Part shown: positions 39,133 through 50,271 of the stretch, one piece after another
Layout: every line of letters starts with the position of its first letter
Numbering within the stretch: position 1 is the first letter of the stretch
Origin: Promethearchaeota archaeon
GTDB taxonomy: Archaea > Asgardarchaeota > Lokiarchaeia > Sigyniarchaeales > SOKP01
DNA: 64,000 nt
Reading direction: 5' to 3'
Assembly (NCBI GenBank): GCA_019057795.1
Contig: JAHLWS010000021.1
Coordinates: 40,260 to 104,259, forward strand
The notes under the pieces: generated by a model
The model's input: the letters and a program-made list of their open reading frames with translations, nothing else
Told to the model about the DNA's origin: nothing
Database searches by the model: none
Translations under genes and position numbers: made by a program

Positions 39133-41040
39133 TTATTTAATCTCAGCAAGAAAGAGATCTGCGATTATAAGCCATTTCTGTTTTGTATCGGGATCAATTG
39201 AGCTTTTATTTATAATATCTTTACCTTTTTTAAGATTTTTAACTGCTAAATCGTGGTTTCCAAGCGCTTTATAACAAATTCCCATTTTAATATAAGTTTG
39301 GTAAATATACCACTCGTCGCTGCCCATTACAAGCGCTTTTAAGAATCTTTTTACAGCTTTTTCATATTCTTCAAAATGCATTAAAATTTCTCCGTAGTTG
39401 TCATAATAAATTCCTATATCTGGTTCACCCTCTATAAGTTTTTGAATAATTTCTAAGGATTCATCTTTTTTATCCAAGTATTGGAACCAATAAGCCTTAT
39501 AGCTAAGAAGTTCCTTACTTTTTGGATACTTTTTAAGCAAATCTTCGATAATAACTAACCCTGCTCTTAGATTCCTCTTTCTTTTAAGAATAGATGCCTT
39601 TTTCATCATAATATCTATTTCTTCTTCAGGAAACATTTTTAACATATTATCTAATACCCTTGAGACATCATTGTATTTGTTAAAGTAAATTAAAATTTTA
39701 ATTTTTAATTTATATAAATCGATATTCATAGGATTTAACTCAATTTCCCTATCAACTTCTTTAACTTCTTCTTCGTATTGACTTTTTAAATCTTCAGAAA
39801 TTTGGGAATCAAAAATTTCTGCCAAATCCTGCCAAATTATTCCTTCTAATTTATCATAAGTATCTTTTAACTCTCTTGTAATTTCAAACTTATATGCTAA
39901 ATATTTAATAAATCCCGGTAAAAACTCTATTAATGATGCATTCAAATCTTTATTAAATAAGAATTCACAACTCTTATCTACAATATCATTTATGATGGAT
40001 TTCATATCAATTGTAGGCAATTCTGGCGTTAGTTTTGAAAAAAGCTTATTCAAATAAGAAACTTTTGTGATTTGATTCTCTGTGATTACTCGAAGTATTC
40101 TTTCTAATTTTCCATCTGATTGAAAGTAATATTGCTCACCTGATGGTTGCGTTAACTCGAAAAATCTTAATGGATATATTTTGCCTTCAGAAATTTCGTC
40201 AATATAATAGTCAAGTGTAATTTTTTTAATTTTATAGATTTTTGAGAAATCTTCAGAGGAAATAAAGTTTGGATATTGATCCGGATGATTAATTGAAAGA
40301 AAAAGTAAGATTTTGTAGAAAACTTCCTCATCTTTTAATAATGGTTTTACTTTTTCATAATCTAATTTTAGAATATTAGTAAGAAATCTAAATTGTATAT
40401 CTTCATCTTTAATATTGTAATTCTCAAAAAATTGGATGGTTTTATTAGTAATCTCTTCAATTCGTTTACCCTCCTCCTCTAAAATAGTTTGTCTATCTAA
40501 ATCATAATTTTGAAGCATCCTTGAATACTCTGATTTACCTGCTCGGGTAATTACATATTTTCCATCCTCTTTTATTACAAAACCCCTTTCGATTAATAAA
40601 CTCAAATTCTTTGACAATGAAGATTGATTTATGGATAATGGATCTTCAAGGAAATCAGACCTTTTGCAATAATAATTATTGTAAACCATCCAAAGAATCC
40701 AGTGAGAGTAATTTCTTCCACTTTTTAAGATTATTTTAGGAGGATAATTTAGTTTACGTGCCTTTTTCTTAGCACTTGATAGCTCATGAAATTTCTTTTT
40801 TCCCTCTGAGGTAATTCTGTAATATCCTCTAGCATAATTTTCTACAAAACCTTTACGTTTTAACTTATCTAGATGTCTAGATAATGTACCTGTAGGAATT
40901 TCAATTGGTTCTTGATGGAAATCCGCCCATTTACATATATCATTATTACTCAACATCCAGAGAATAATATGGTCATAGTCCGGCTTTTTCAACTTGGAAG
41001 GGCTATAGATCTTTTCTGGAGGATAATTTATGATTCCCAT
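39133..41040 (-). CDS. Tandem winged-helix plus C-terminal TPR protein
   Basis: Two similar N-terminal units (ILWML..TLSRHLDKLKRKGFV..YRITSEG / ILWMV..SLSKNLSLLIERGFV..YVITRAG) and C-terminal TPR-like repeats. Confidence 0.8.
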   Translation of the reverse strand: MGIINYPPEKIYSPSKLKKPDYDHIILWMLSNNDICKWADFHQEPIEIPTGTLSRHLDKLKRKGFVENYARGYYRITSEGKKKFHELSSAKKKARKLNYPPKIILKSGRNYSHWILWMVYNNYYCKRSDFLEDPLSINQSSLSKNLSLLIERGFVIKEDGKYVITRAGKSEYSRMLQNYDLDRQTILEEEGKRIEEITNKTIQFFENYNIKDEDIQFRFLTNILKLDYEKVKPLLKDEEVFYKILLFLSINHPDQYPNFISSEDFSKIYKIKKITLDYYIDEISEGKIYPLRFFELTQPSGEQYYFQSDGKLERILRVITENQITKVSYLNKLFSKLTPELPTIDMKSIINDIVDKSCEFLFNKDLNASLIEFLPGFIKYLAYKFEITRELKDTYDKLEGIIWQDLAEIFDSQISEDLKSQYEEEVKEVDREIELNPMNIDLYKLKIKILIYFNKYNDVSRVLDNMLKMFPEEEIDIMMKKASILKRKRNLRAGLVIIEDLLKKYPKSKELLSYKAYWFQYLDKKDESLEIIQKLIEGEPDIGIYYDNYGEILMHFEEYEKAVKRFLKALVMGSDEWYIYQTYIKMGICYKALGNHDLAVKNLKKGKDIINKSSIDPDTKQKWLIIADLFLAEIK

Positions 41041-41246
41041 AATTTGAGAAAACTAAATTTTATTTTCTAAATTATAGATCGGTTTCTTTTCTATTTATAT
41101 CTATTTCATAGAACTTCCATAAAAAATCGAAACTATCGTGGAACTATCGGAAGCTCAATTATAAATGCAATAATGTCTCAAAATCTAATAAGTCATCGTA
41201 AAGATGATAAAACCTAAATTTAAAGAAAAGAGTTGTTCAAAAAAAA

Positions 41247-41642
41247 ATGACCGAAATTAAAAAACTTACAAAAATCGTACTTATAGTGTATGCTATAATT
41301 TTTTTCATATTTGGGGTCATGCTTACATTTCTATATGATATGGCATTGAATCCTGAGGGTTGGACAAATCCCTATTTCCCAAGAATGTTTGGGGGAGTTA
41401 ATTTCTTATCTGCCATTTTCGCAATTTTATTGCTTCGCAAAAAGGAATGGGAAGAAATTAAATTGACATTTGCGTATTTGTTAGGATTACTTATATCGAC
41501 GTTAATCATAGAAGCTGCTGTACTAGCTACATTAGGCTCCACTTTTGGAGCTTCGATGATTCAAACAGGTTCAGGCACTATAATCTTAGAGTCTGTACTT
41601 TTAACGCTTGGAATTGTCTCTTATATCAAACAGAGAAGCTAA
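41247..41642 (+). CDS. Four-TM membrane protein
   Basis: Four hydrophobic segments in 131 aa. Confidence 0.75.
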   Translation: MTEIKKLTKIVLIVYAIIFFIFGVMLTFLYDMALNPEGWTNPYFPRMFGGVNFLSAIFAILLLRKKEWEEIKLTFAYLLGLLISTLIIEAAVLATLGSTFGASMIQTGSGTIILESVLLTLGIVSYIKQRS

Positions 41643-41776
41643 ACGCAAAAAATGAATAAATTTCAAATAAAATTTTTTTTCTTTTTTTTTATATGTATTC
41701 AGAGAATCTTTACAATAGATTTAAAACAATAATTAGCTTAGATATTCATAAGAGTATAATCCAAACAAATGAGTAT

Positions 41777-43738
41777 ATGTCTCATCCAGAACTAAAGGAA
41801 TTAACAAGAGCGGAACAACTATTTGATGCTGGTGAGCTTGATGAGGCTCTTGAGATATTAAACGATAGGGTCCAATTTGAAGGACTTAATTCTCAGCAAA
41901 AAAGTTATTTTCAGTTTCTTAAGGGATTAATTCTCTTTTATCTTAATCAAGGCGAAGATCTCATTAGTTTAGGCGAGACAATTTATAAAGAAGGTCAAAA
42001 ATGTAATGATAATCTCCAATCTTTTGATGGATTATTTTTTATTATTACTGGATTAGCTATAGCTGGTAAATTTGAGGAAGCGTTCAATTTTTTTAAAGAA
42101 ATTGAATCAGTAATAAAGTCTATTTCAAATGTGTCTAAAGAAATTATAACTCAAAGAAAAGCTCGTTTAAGTGTAGCAAAAGCCTTTGTTGGATTGCATG
42201 GTGGTAAAGTAGATTTGGTTGAGAAGTCTTTAGAGTGGATCTTAGATTCACAAGAAAAATTCGATAAATCATTCGAAATCGTCTGGGCTAATCTTTTAAT
42301 GGCGAGTTATTTAGCGCGAGTAAAAAGCAAGTTTGATCTTTGTAGGGAGCACATCAAAAAAGCATTATGCCTTGCAAAGGAAATTAAATTTAATCACTAC
42401 TGGATTGCTCTGTGTCAACTCTATTTTGGAGTATATTATATATCTATTGGCGAAATGGATAAGAGCTTGAAATATAACATAAAGGGTTTAGAATTATTTA
42501 AAAAGATAAAGAGTAGTTTTAATATTGCAATTCTATTAAATAATATGGGGGATTTATATGGTGAAATGGGTGAATATGAACTTGCTGTGGAACATTTAGA
42601 GGAGAGTATAAATCTTTTAGAGCAGATTCCTCAAGGTTTTGTTTCTATTGAAGGCATTATTGAAAGTTTAATAACCTTAGCCGTTGAACATGGAGATAAC
42701 GAACGTGTTCAAAAATATTTTCCTCGTTTGGAAGATATTTATAACCAGAAAAGAAACGATAGAATTGAATTTGGTTACAAATTCACTAAAGCCCTAATTT
42801 TAAAAACAAGTTCTCGAATCCGAGATAAAGCAAAAGCTGAAGAATTATTCAAAGAACTTATAGAAACTGAAACTATATTTTTTGATGTTATTATAAAAGC
42901 TCATATCCATCTTTGTGACATACTTCTCATGGAATATCGTATAGATAATGATAGCGAAATTTTTACCGAATTAAATTATTACATCGCCAAATTATTAACT
43001 ATCGCAGAAAAACAACATTCATATTTAGTTTTTTGTGAAGCATTCATACTTAAAGCTAAATTAGCTTTACTAAATTTTGAAATAAAAACAGCCCGACTGT
43101 TTTTGACTCAGGCACAAAAGATAGCAGAATCCTATGGTATAAAACGCTTAGCAATGAAAATCTCACATGAACATGATGAATTACTTAAACAATTAAACTT
43201 ATGGGAGAAGTTAAAAGAATCAGAGACCCCATTATCGGAACGTTGGAAGCTCGCAGGTTTGAACAAGCAAATGGAGAATATGGTAAGAAAACGAATGATT
43301 GCAGTACCAGAGGCATCAGAAGAAAATCCTGTAACAATTTTAGTAATAACCGAAGGCGGTACTCCATTATTTTCTCACTCATTTATTGAGGAAAAAGAAT
43401 TTGAATCCTATCTTTTTAGTGGTTTTTTAACAACTATAGATTATTTTATGAAGGAAACTTTTTCTGAAGGTCTTGATCGATTTATTTTTGGGCAATATAC
43501 TCTTCTTCTGAAATCTGTGGCACCTTTTTTTATCTGTTATGTATTTAAAGGTGAATCTTATTATGCCCTTCAGAGGATTAAATATTTCATTGAAAATGTA
43601 CAAAAAGAAGGAATATGGCAAAATTTGATTAAACTTTTTCAAACGAACCGATCTATTCACTTAAAAGATATCCCCTTACTTGATTCGTTAATAACCAAAA
43701 CGTTTATCACTAAAAATGTTGCATTAAATGAATTTTAA
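41777..43738 (+). CDS. TPR-repeat protein with a C-terminal longin-like domain
   Basis: TPR-like helices (LLNNMGDLYGEMGEYELAVEHLEES), then ILVITEGGTPLFSHSF..LFSGFLTTIDYFMKETFSEGLD (longin pattern). Start set at ATG 41777 (the track gives 41693). Confidence 0.8.
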   Translation: MSHPELKELTRAEQLFDAGELDEALEILNDRVQFEGLNSQQKSYFQFLKGLILFYLNQGEDLISLGETIYKEGQKCNDNLQSFDGLFFIITGLAIAGKFEEAFNFFKEIESVIKSISNVSKEIITQRKARLSVAKAFVGLHGGKVDLVEKSLEWILDSQEKFDKSFEIVWANLLMASYLARVKSKFDLCREHIKKALCLAKEIKFNHYWIALCQLYFGVYYISIGEMDKSLKYNIKGLELFKKIKSSFNIAILLNNMGDLYGEMGEYELAVEHLEESINLLEQIPQGFVSIEGIIESLITLAVEHGDNERVQKYFPRLEDIYNQKRNDRIEFGYKFTKALILKTSSRIRDKAKAEELFKELIETETIFFDVIIKAHIHLCDILLMEYRIDNDSEIFTELNYYIAKLLTIAEKQHSYLVFCEAFILKAKLALLNFEIKTARLFLTQAQKIAESYGIKRLAMKISHEHDELLKQLNLWEKLKESETPLSERWKLAGLNKQMENMVRKRMIAVPEASEENPVTILVITEGGTPLFSHSFIEEKEFESYLFSGFLTTIDYFMKETFSEGLDRFIFGQYTLLLKSVAPFFICYVFKGESYYALQRIKYFIENVQKEGIWQNLIKLFQTNRSIHLKDIPLLDSLITKTFITKNVALNEF

Positions 43739-43856
43739 TTTCTAAATTAAGGAAATTATATTTTTTACGCTATTCAATTAGTTAAAATTTTATATTAGAT
43801 AATGTCTAATTTTAAATTATAAAGATAATATAATTTGAAACATACTTAAGAAATTA

Positions 43857-44408
43857 ATGACTAATTTTGAAGAATTTGGATTTAAGATTACCGTTATTGG
43901 GGACGGAGCGGTTGGTAAAACATCCTTAATTAAGAAATTTACGAAAGGAACTTTTGAGAAGGATTATATCAAAACTATTGGCGCCCAATTTTCAAGATTT
44001 GATAAACAAATTGATGAAGCTATAATTAATTTAATATTCTGGGATATTGCTGGTCAAGATGATTTCAATTTTTTACGCCCTTTATTTTACAGAGAAAGCA
44101 GGGCGTGTATTATTGTATGTAGTCTTGAAGAAAATGAACTAGGTGAAGATAGTTTTATCCATATCAAGGACTGGTATAATGAACTAAAAAAGTATTGTGG
44201 GGTTATTCCTGTAGTTCTATTTGCTAACAAAGTTGATTTAGTGGATAAAAATGAATTAGATATCGATAAAATTCAAAATATTGTAAATAAACACAATTTT
44301 CTTGGCTATTATATAACATCTGCAAAAACAGGACAAGGTGTTATTGATGCATTTAATGCTATTATTAATGAATTATATTATAAATTCAAGGCTTTTTCTT
44401 CAGTATGA
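43857..44408 (+). CDS. Rab/Ras-like small GTPase (close paralog of 38545-39102)
   Basis: GDGAVGKTS, YIKTIG, WDIAGQ, NKVD, TSAKTG. Confidence 0.93.
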   Translation: MTNFEEFGFKITVIGDGAVGKTSLIKKFTKGTFEKDYIKTIGAQFSRFDKQIDEAIINLIFWDIAGQDDFNFLRPLFYRESRACIIVCSLEENELGEDSFIHIKDWYNELKKYCGVIPVVLFANKVDLVDKNELDIDKIQNIVNKHNFLGYYITSAKTGQGVIDAFNAIINELYYKFKAFSSV

Positions 44409-44535
44409 TATTTTTAAGTAGTCATATCTTTTTTTATATCAATCTTTGCTTCTAGTTTCTTTTGAACAAAGGTAGATGAATGAATAGTGTTTCTTTAAAT
44501 ATCTTTAAAAGGTAAAATCAGTGATTTTTATAGTT

Positions 44536-46488
44536 TTACAATAATTTATCTTTCTTTTTTTGCCTTTCTTGGAGGGGGTCTTTAATTGGTAATTCAACTG
44601 TAAATTTTGCTCCCATATTCCTTCCAGCTGATTCGACTCTAATATTTCCACCATGTAATTCGATAATTTCTTTTGAGATGTATAATCCAAGACCGGACCC
44701 TTGAATATCGAGATATTCTAATCCTTTACCATGTCTTTCTATTTTACCGAATTTAGTAAATAAATTATTAATTTCGTCTTCAATTAAGCCTACTCCTGTG
44801 TCAATTATTGATATTTCAATGCTTTTTCCTTCATGCTTGACCAAAATTTTAATATTACTATTAGCAGGAGAATTTTTAATAGCATTTAAAAGCAAATTTA
44901 TAATTACTTGTTCAAATCTTATTTTATCTACTTTTAACATTAAATTTGTGGGAAGCTCTAATGTTAAATTGATTTTCCGTTTTTTTAAAAAATAGTTCAG
45001 TTCATCTGATATATTTCTAATTATTTCACAAATATTATAAGATTGTCTATTTAATATGAGTTTGGCAAAATCTATATGAGTTATCTCAAGTAGGTTATTA
45101 ATAAGATATTGTAATCGCTGCTTATTTCTTTGTATTATTTCAAGTAGTTCCAAACCATTCCTATCCAATTTATCATTATAAACCTTAATAAGAAGTTCAC
45201 TTGCCCCACTTATTGACATTAGTGGGGTTCTTAATTCGTGGGATGCATTTGTAATAAATTCCTTTTGTGTTTGATTTAATTCTTTTAATCTTCTAATCTG
45301 TTCTTTTATAAGAAGATCTGCTTTTTTTCGTTTTGTAATATTGTGTATTATAACTTGAAAGAATGTTTCACCATTTAATTTGACTTGAGAAGCACGTAAA
45401 TTTATCCAAACCAAATCTCCCTTTTTTCTATACATTTGAATGTCTGTAGTATAAGTTTTTTCTCCTTTTAAAAATAGATTAAAGAGTTTTGTAAGTAATG
45501 ATAGATATTTTGGATGAATAAATATAAGATCTTTAAAATTTTTACCAATCAATTCATTTTTTTCATATCCGCTGTATTTACTTGTTGCTGGATTGCAATC
45601 AACAATTTTTCCTTCTAAATTAAATAAAACTATAGAAAATGGTGAATCTTCAAATATTCTCCGATATTTTTTTTCGGATTCTTTTAATTTTATTTCTATT
45701 TTTTTACGCTCTGTAATATCTAATATTTGAGCAATAGTCGTCATTCCTCCCTTTAACTCGGGAGTTACTGTAGATATTATTTCTACACGCCTTTTTTCAC
45801 CATCTTTCCTTACAATATTAAATTCGTATCTGGGAGGTACTTTTTCTCCTTTTTGTCTTCGAACATATCGGTCTCCTACAAGTTTTTTACCTTCATCGTC
45901 TAAGAAATTTCGAAAATCTTGACCGATAATCTCATCATAAGAGTAATTTAACATTTTACATAATTCATTATTTACATATATGAATTGATATTTCTCATTT
46001 ACAATAAGAATTCCATCATGAGAATTTTCTACAATGGAACGATAGCGTATTTCATTTTCTCGTAATTTTTCTTCTGATCTTTTTTGTTGAGTAATATCTC
46101 TTGTATTTACTAATACTAAATTAGGGGGAATAAAATCATAAATTACAAAGAGTATTTTTTCTTTTCCCGTAGATTGATAAAGATATCTCATTTCCCTAGA
46201 AATATATTTTTGTTCATTAATACACTGATATAGTTCCTCTAAAATTTGAGGTTTTTTTTGATATAATTCTGATGCTTTAATGCCCAAAAAGTTAGTGATT
46301 TTATTGTCAGTAATTTCTTTAGCAGCTTTATTAAAATCAATTAGTATCAAATCGTTATCTACTTTTTGCCAAAGATAAATGGGAGAAGGAATTTTCTTAA
46401 AAATAGATTTATAATCTTTATTTGTTATCATTAAATCAAGCCTCTTTTCATTTTTCATATTTATTAATAAAAAAATTAGTATACACAA
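44536..46488 (-). CDS. Multi-PAS sensor histidine kinase (start uncertain, possibly an internal ATG)
   Basis: PAS/PAC repeats, SHELRTPL, NLLLNAIK, DTGVG, GSGLGL. Confidence 0.9.
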   Translation of the reverse strand: MCILIFLLINMKNEKRLDLMITNKDYKSIFKKIPSPIYLWQKVDNDLILIDFNKAAKEITDNKITNFLGIKASELYQKKPQILEELYQCINEQKYISREMRYLYQSTGKEKILFVIYDFIPPNLVLVNTRDITQQKRSEEKLRENEIRYRSIVENSHDGILIVNEKYQFIYVNNELCKMLNYSYDEIIGQDFRNFLDDEGKKLVGDRYVRRQKGEKVPPRYEFNIVRKDGEKRRVEIISTVTPELKGGMTTIAQILDITERKKIEIKLKESEKKYRRIFEDSPFSIVLFNLEGKIVDCNPATSKYSGYEKNELIGKNFKDLIFIHPKYLSLLTKLFNLFLKGEKTYTTDIQMYRKKGDLVWINLRASQVKLNGETFFQVIIHNITKRKKADLLIKEQIRRLKELNQTQKEFITNASHELRTPLMSISGASELLIKVYNDKLDRNGLELLEIIQRNKQRLQYLINNLLEITHIDFAKLILNRQSYNICEIIRNISDELNYFLKKRKINLTLELPTNLMLKVDKIRFEQVIINLLLNAIKNSPANSNIKILVKHEGKSIEISIIDTGVGLIEDEINNLFTKFGKIERHGKGLEYLDIQGSGLGLYISKEIIELHGGNIRVESAGRNMGAKFTVELPIKDPLQERQKKKDKLL

Positions 46489-46744
46489 TAAATTTTTTTT
46501 GATGAGACCTATTCTTTAGAATCATAGATAGAATATACTCTTTTCTTTTTTTAAATAAATAAGCTTGATAATGCAAATTCAAACTTTATAGTCTTTATCA
46601 ATCCGAAAAGGATTATTTTATTTCTTATCTTATATTTCTCTATGATGATATATTACGAGAAAAATGAATATTTAAAATCATAATCATAAATTTCATTTTT
46701 TTACAATTTGTTTTAGATGTTTTAGATGAAAAAGTGAGAAATTA

Positions 46745-47098
46745 ATGAATAATGAAGAAAAATTAGAATGGAAAAAATGTAATAATTGTGGATTTTTACA
46801 GCATCCATCCCATCTTAGATGTTTAAAATGTAAACACGACAAATTTGAAAAGATCGTTGCTTTCGGAAACGCTAAATTATTAACCTACACAATCTTAAAA
46901 GCGCCTCCTGCTGAATTTCGCAATAAATCTTCTTATGCTCTTGGAGTTGTTGAGTTTGAGAACGGAATTAAAGCTCTGGGACAAATTACGCCCCAAGATC
47001 GTTTAAAAGTTGGGATGAAATTAAAACCCATTTATAGAAAAATTTGTGATAATTTAGATGGTAAGGAAGTATATGATTACGCTTTCGAACCAATTTAG
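46745..47098 (+). CDS. Zn-ribbon/OB-fold protein (DUF35), the usual partner of archaeal thiolases
   Basis: CNNCG...P...CLKC, LLTYT, YALGVVEFENG...GQI. Confidence 0.88.
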   Translation: MNNEEKLEWKKCNNCGFLQHPSHLRCLKCKHDKFEKIVAFGNAKLLTYTILKAPPAEFRNKSSYALGVVEFENGIKALGQITPQDRLKVGMKLKPIYRKICDNLDGKEVYDYAFEPI

Positions 47099-47125
47099 TA
47101 GCCAAATAAAGAGGTAGTAGAAAAT

Positions 47126-48802
47126 ATGTTCTCTAATGAAGAACTGGAAAAAATTGAACAAGAACGAAAAGAATGGGAAGAAAATGTTTTAAATAAATAT
47201 ATCGAACGAGGAGAAAGAAGAGAAACTTTCGAAACTCCTTCAAACCTACCCTTAAAACACGTCTATGGACCCGGTGATCTTAAGAATATTAATTATTTAG
47301 AAGACCTTGGATTTCCGGGAAACCCACCATTTACGAGAGGTGTATATCCAAACATGTATCGTGGAAGAATTTGGACGATGAGACAATATGGCGGTTTTGC
47401 AGATGCTTCTAAAACAAACGAAAGGTTCAAATATTTAATATCACAAGGGCAAAAAGGACTTTCAATTGCGTTTGATTTGCCAACACAGATGGGCTATAAT
47501 AGTGACAATAAAATCTGTTTAGGAGAAGTAGGAAGGGTGGGTGTAACGGTTAACTCCTTGAGAGATTTTGAACAAGTGTTCGAAGGTATTCCTCTAGATA
47601 AGGTATCAACAAGTATGACTATTAATGCTCCTACTTCAGTGCTTTTAGCAATGTATATCGTTGTAGGCGAGAACCAAGGAATAAAACCTGAACAATTAAT
47701 TGGTACGGTTCAAAACGATATCTTAAAAGAATATATCGCAAGAGGGACATATATTTATCCTCCTAAACCATCTTTAAGATTAGTAGCAGATGTGATCGAA
47801 TATTGCTCCAAAAATTTGCCCCGTTTTAATACCATCAGCATTAGTGGGTACCACATGCGAGAAGCGGGATGTAACGCTATTCAAGAAATTGCCTTTACGA
47901 TAGCAGATGGTATTGCGTATGTTGAAGAAGTTCTTAGTCGGGGAGTTAATATTGACGAATTTGCCCCAAGATTATCTTTCTTCTTTACAACTCATAATAA
48001 TTTTTTTGAAGAAATAGCAAAACTGCGTGCAGTTAGAAAGTTGTGGGCAAAAATAATGAAAGATAGGTTCCACGCTAAGGATCCAAATTCAATGAGATTA
48101 CGCTTCCATACCCAAACTGCGGGAGTCACGCTAACGGCCCAACAACCTAATGTAAATATTATTAGAGTAACCCTTCAAGCGTTAGCAGCAATTCTAGGGG
48201 GAACACAATCGCTTCACACCTGTGGTGCAGACGAGGCTTTAGCAATTCCAACAGAAGACTCTGTGAGATTATCCTTAAGAACTCAACAAGTTCTTGCGTA
48301 TGAATCGGGAGTTACCGATGTTGTGGACCCATTAGGGGGTTCTTATTATATCGAGTACTTAACTTCAAAATTAGAAGAAAAAGCTTTAGAATATATTGAA
48401 AAAATTGACACATTGGGAGGTATATCTACTGCCATTGAGAGTGGATTCATTCAACGGGAAATTCAAAATAATGCATACCACGAACAGAAGAAAATAGAAG
48501 CGGGAATTAATCAAGTAATTGGTGTAAATACTTATTGTACTGAAGAAGAGTGTAAAATAAAAACCTTTAAACACGATATTGACGAGGAACAAAAAATAAT
48601 ATCATCTCTCGGCGAATTAAAAAAAAGTCGAGATGAGACCTTAGTTGAAACAAAACTAGCTGAATTAAAAAAGGTGGCTGAATCTTCTAAGAATATTATG
48701 CCAATCATGATTGAAGTAGTTAAAACCTATGCTACAATAGAAGAAATTTGTAGCGTCTTAAGAGAAGTTTTTGGCGAATATAAAAGTCCCCAAACATTTT
48801 AG
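47126..48802 (+). CDS. Methylmalonyl-CoA mutase, large (substrate-binding) subunit
   Basis: PFTRG, WTMRQY, GLSIAFDLPTQ, QNDILKEYIARG, SISGYH, GGTQSLH. The Tyr and Arg specificity residues favour methylmalonyl-CoA. Confidence 0.93.
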   Translation: MFSNEELEKIEQERKEWEENVLNKYIERGERRETFETPSNLPLKHVYGPGDLKNINYLEDLGFPGNPPFTRGVYPNMYRGRIWTMRQYGGFADASKTNERFKYLISQGQKGLSIAFDLPTQMGYNSDNKICLGEVGRVGVTVNSLRDFEQVFEGIPLDKVSTSMTINAPTSVLLAMYIVVGENQGIKPEQLIGTVQNDILKEYIARGTYIYPPKPSLRLVADVIEYCSKNLPRFNTISISGYHMREAGCNAIQEIAFTIADGIAYVEEVLSRGVNIDEFAPRLSFFFTTHNNFFEEIAKLRAVRKLWAKIMKDRFHAKDPNSMRLRFHTQTAGVTLTAQQPNVNIIRVTLQALAAILGGTQSLHTCGADEALAIPTEDSVRLSLRTQQVLAYESGVTDVVDPLGGSYYIEYLTSKLEEKALEYIEKIDTLGGISTAIESGFIQREIQNNAYHEQKKIEAGINQVIGVNTYCTEEECKIKTFKHDIDEEQKIISSLGELKKSRDETLVETKLAELKKVAESSKNIMPIMIEVVKTYATIEEICSVLREVFGEYKSPQTF

Positions 48803-48840
48803 GAAATTTATCAAAATACTTTAAAATCTTAAAGATATTC

Positions 48841-50271
48841 TTAACTTTTTAGTTTTCTCTTATAGTTAGTAATTTTAGGTAATAATGGAATGAATTCAAG
48901 AGGATCTCCAAATACGGGTACTCTTTTTTTTGCTAATAACCTAGAAATACGATAACTTTCTTCGGGACGGTGGGCTCTCTCTAAAATTGGAATTAATGGT
49001 TTGTTATGTTTATGTCCTAAATTTAAAGCCTCAAGCATATCAAATTCAAAGTTCTCAGCTTGTGTTATGGAATACTCGGGATCAAAATACCAACTTGGAA
49101 GGTCCATAATTAGGGCATCGATTTTTTCGTCGGATAAAGCAAGATCAATTATTTCCTTAATGCTCTGACTGTAAAATAGTTGTGCTGCTACATCTAAAGG
49201 GTTTTTAGAACTTGTACCACGAATAATGAATTTTTTATCCAATTGTTCTTGAATTTTAGGGCTAAATTGTGGTACATTCATTCTGAATTTTTCAATTAGA
49301 TCAACTAAGATAACCCCATAACCGCCACTTAAACTGAAAACAGCAATATTTTGCAATTCATTAATTCCGTAGAAGTCTATTAACCGCGCAGTATGCATCA
49401 ATTGTTCTAATGTTTCAACTTCAATAAGATTATGTTGTTTGAAAATAGAATTCCAAATTTGAGTATTACCCGAGAGAGACGCTGTATGAGTTTTAGCTGC
49501 TAGCGCCCCACTTTCGGATTTTCCACCTTTTAAAATTACAATCGGTTTTTTGTTTTCAGCAAGAACTTGTCTTAAATCATCTCCTCGATTTCCTTTAATA
49601 CCTTCTAAATAACACAAAATCAAGTCAGTTTCATCGTCGTTGCTTAAAAAATGCAAAATGTCTATGAAGTCTAAATCTGCTCCGTTCCCAAATGAGAATA
49701 CTTTGGAAAAATGAATACCCATTTCTTTCGCAGTATAGATAGCAATATTACATACACCTCCTGATTGGCCTATAAACCCGATATTTCCAGGAGTCGTTGG
49801 GAATTTTGAACGCCAAGCTATGCCTAATTTTGGGTAAAATATTCCCATACCATTAGGTCCAAGAATTCTAATTTTATTTTGACCGCATTTTATTATTTCT
49901 TTCTCTAAACGACGACCCTCTTCAGTTCCTGCATCGGAAAACTCTGCTGTAAAGATGTTGACTAATTTGACACCTTTCCCCACGCAATCGTCGATAACAT
50001 CTAATACTTGTAACGCGGGCACTGTAATAAAAGCAAAATCAACTTTTCCAGGAATGTCTTTAATAGAAGAATAAATGTTTTCTGTAGGAAAATTAGGAAT
50101 TTCTTTAACTTTGGGGTGGACAGCATATAGTTCTCCCTTAAAATTTTCTTGGTGATTCCTAAGGAAAAAGAAGTTTCGTTTCTTTGAAGGACCTACAACT
50201 GCCATTGATTGAATATTATTAATAAACGAAATATCTTTAACATTTAAGTTAAAAGTTTTAGATGGCGTCAT
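48841..50271 (-). CDS. ADP-forming acyl-CoA ligase alpha-subunit family (CoA-binding)
   Basis: LGPNGMG, GQSGG, SFGNGAD, THTASLSG, SGGYG, NPLD. Confidence 0.85.
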   Translation of the reverse strand: MTPSKTFNLNVKDISFINNIQSMAVVGPSKKRNFFFLRNHQENFKGELYAVHPKVKEIPNFPTENIYSSIKDIPGKVDFAFITVPALQVLDVIDDCVGKGVKLVNIFTAEFSDAGTEEGRRLEKEIIKCGQNKIRILGPNGMGIFYPKLGIAWRSKFPTTPGNIGFIGQSGGVCNIAIYTAKEMGIHFSKVFSFGNGADLDFIDILHFLSNDDETDLILCYLEGIKGNRGDDLRQVLAENKKPIVILKGGKSESGALAAKTHTASLSGNTQIWNSIFKQHNLIEVETLEQLMHTARLIDFYGINELQNIAVFSLSGGYGVILVDLIEKFRMNVPQFSPKIQEQLDKKFIIRGTSSKNPLDVAAQLFYSQSIKEIIDLALSDEKIDALIMDLPSWYFDPEYSITQAENFEFDMLEALNLGHKHNKPLIPILERAHRPEESYRISRLLAKKRVPVFGDPLEFIPLLPKITNYKRKLKS

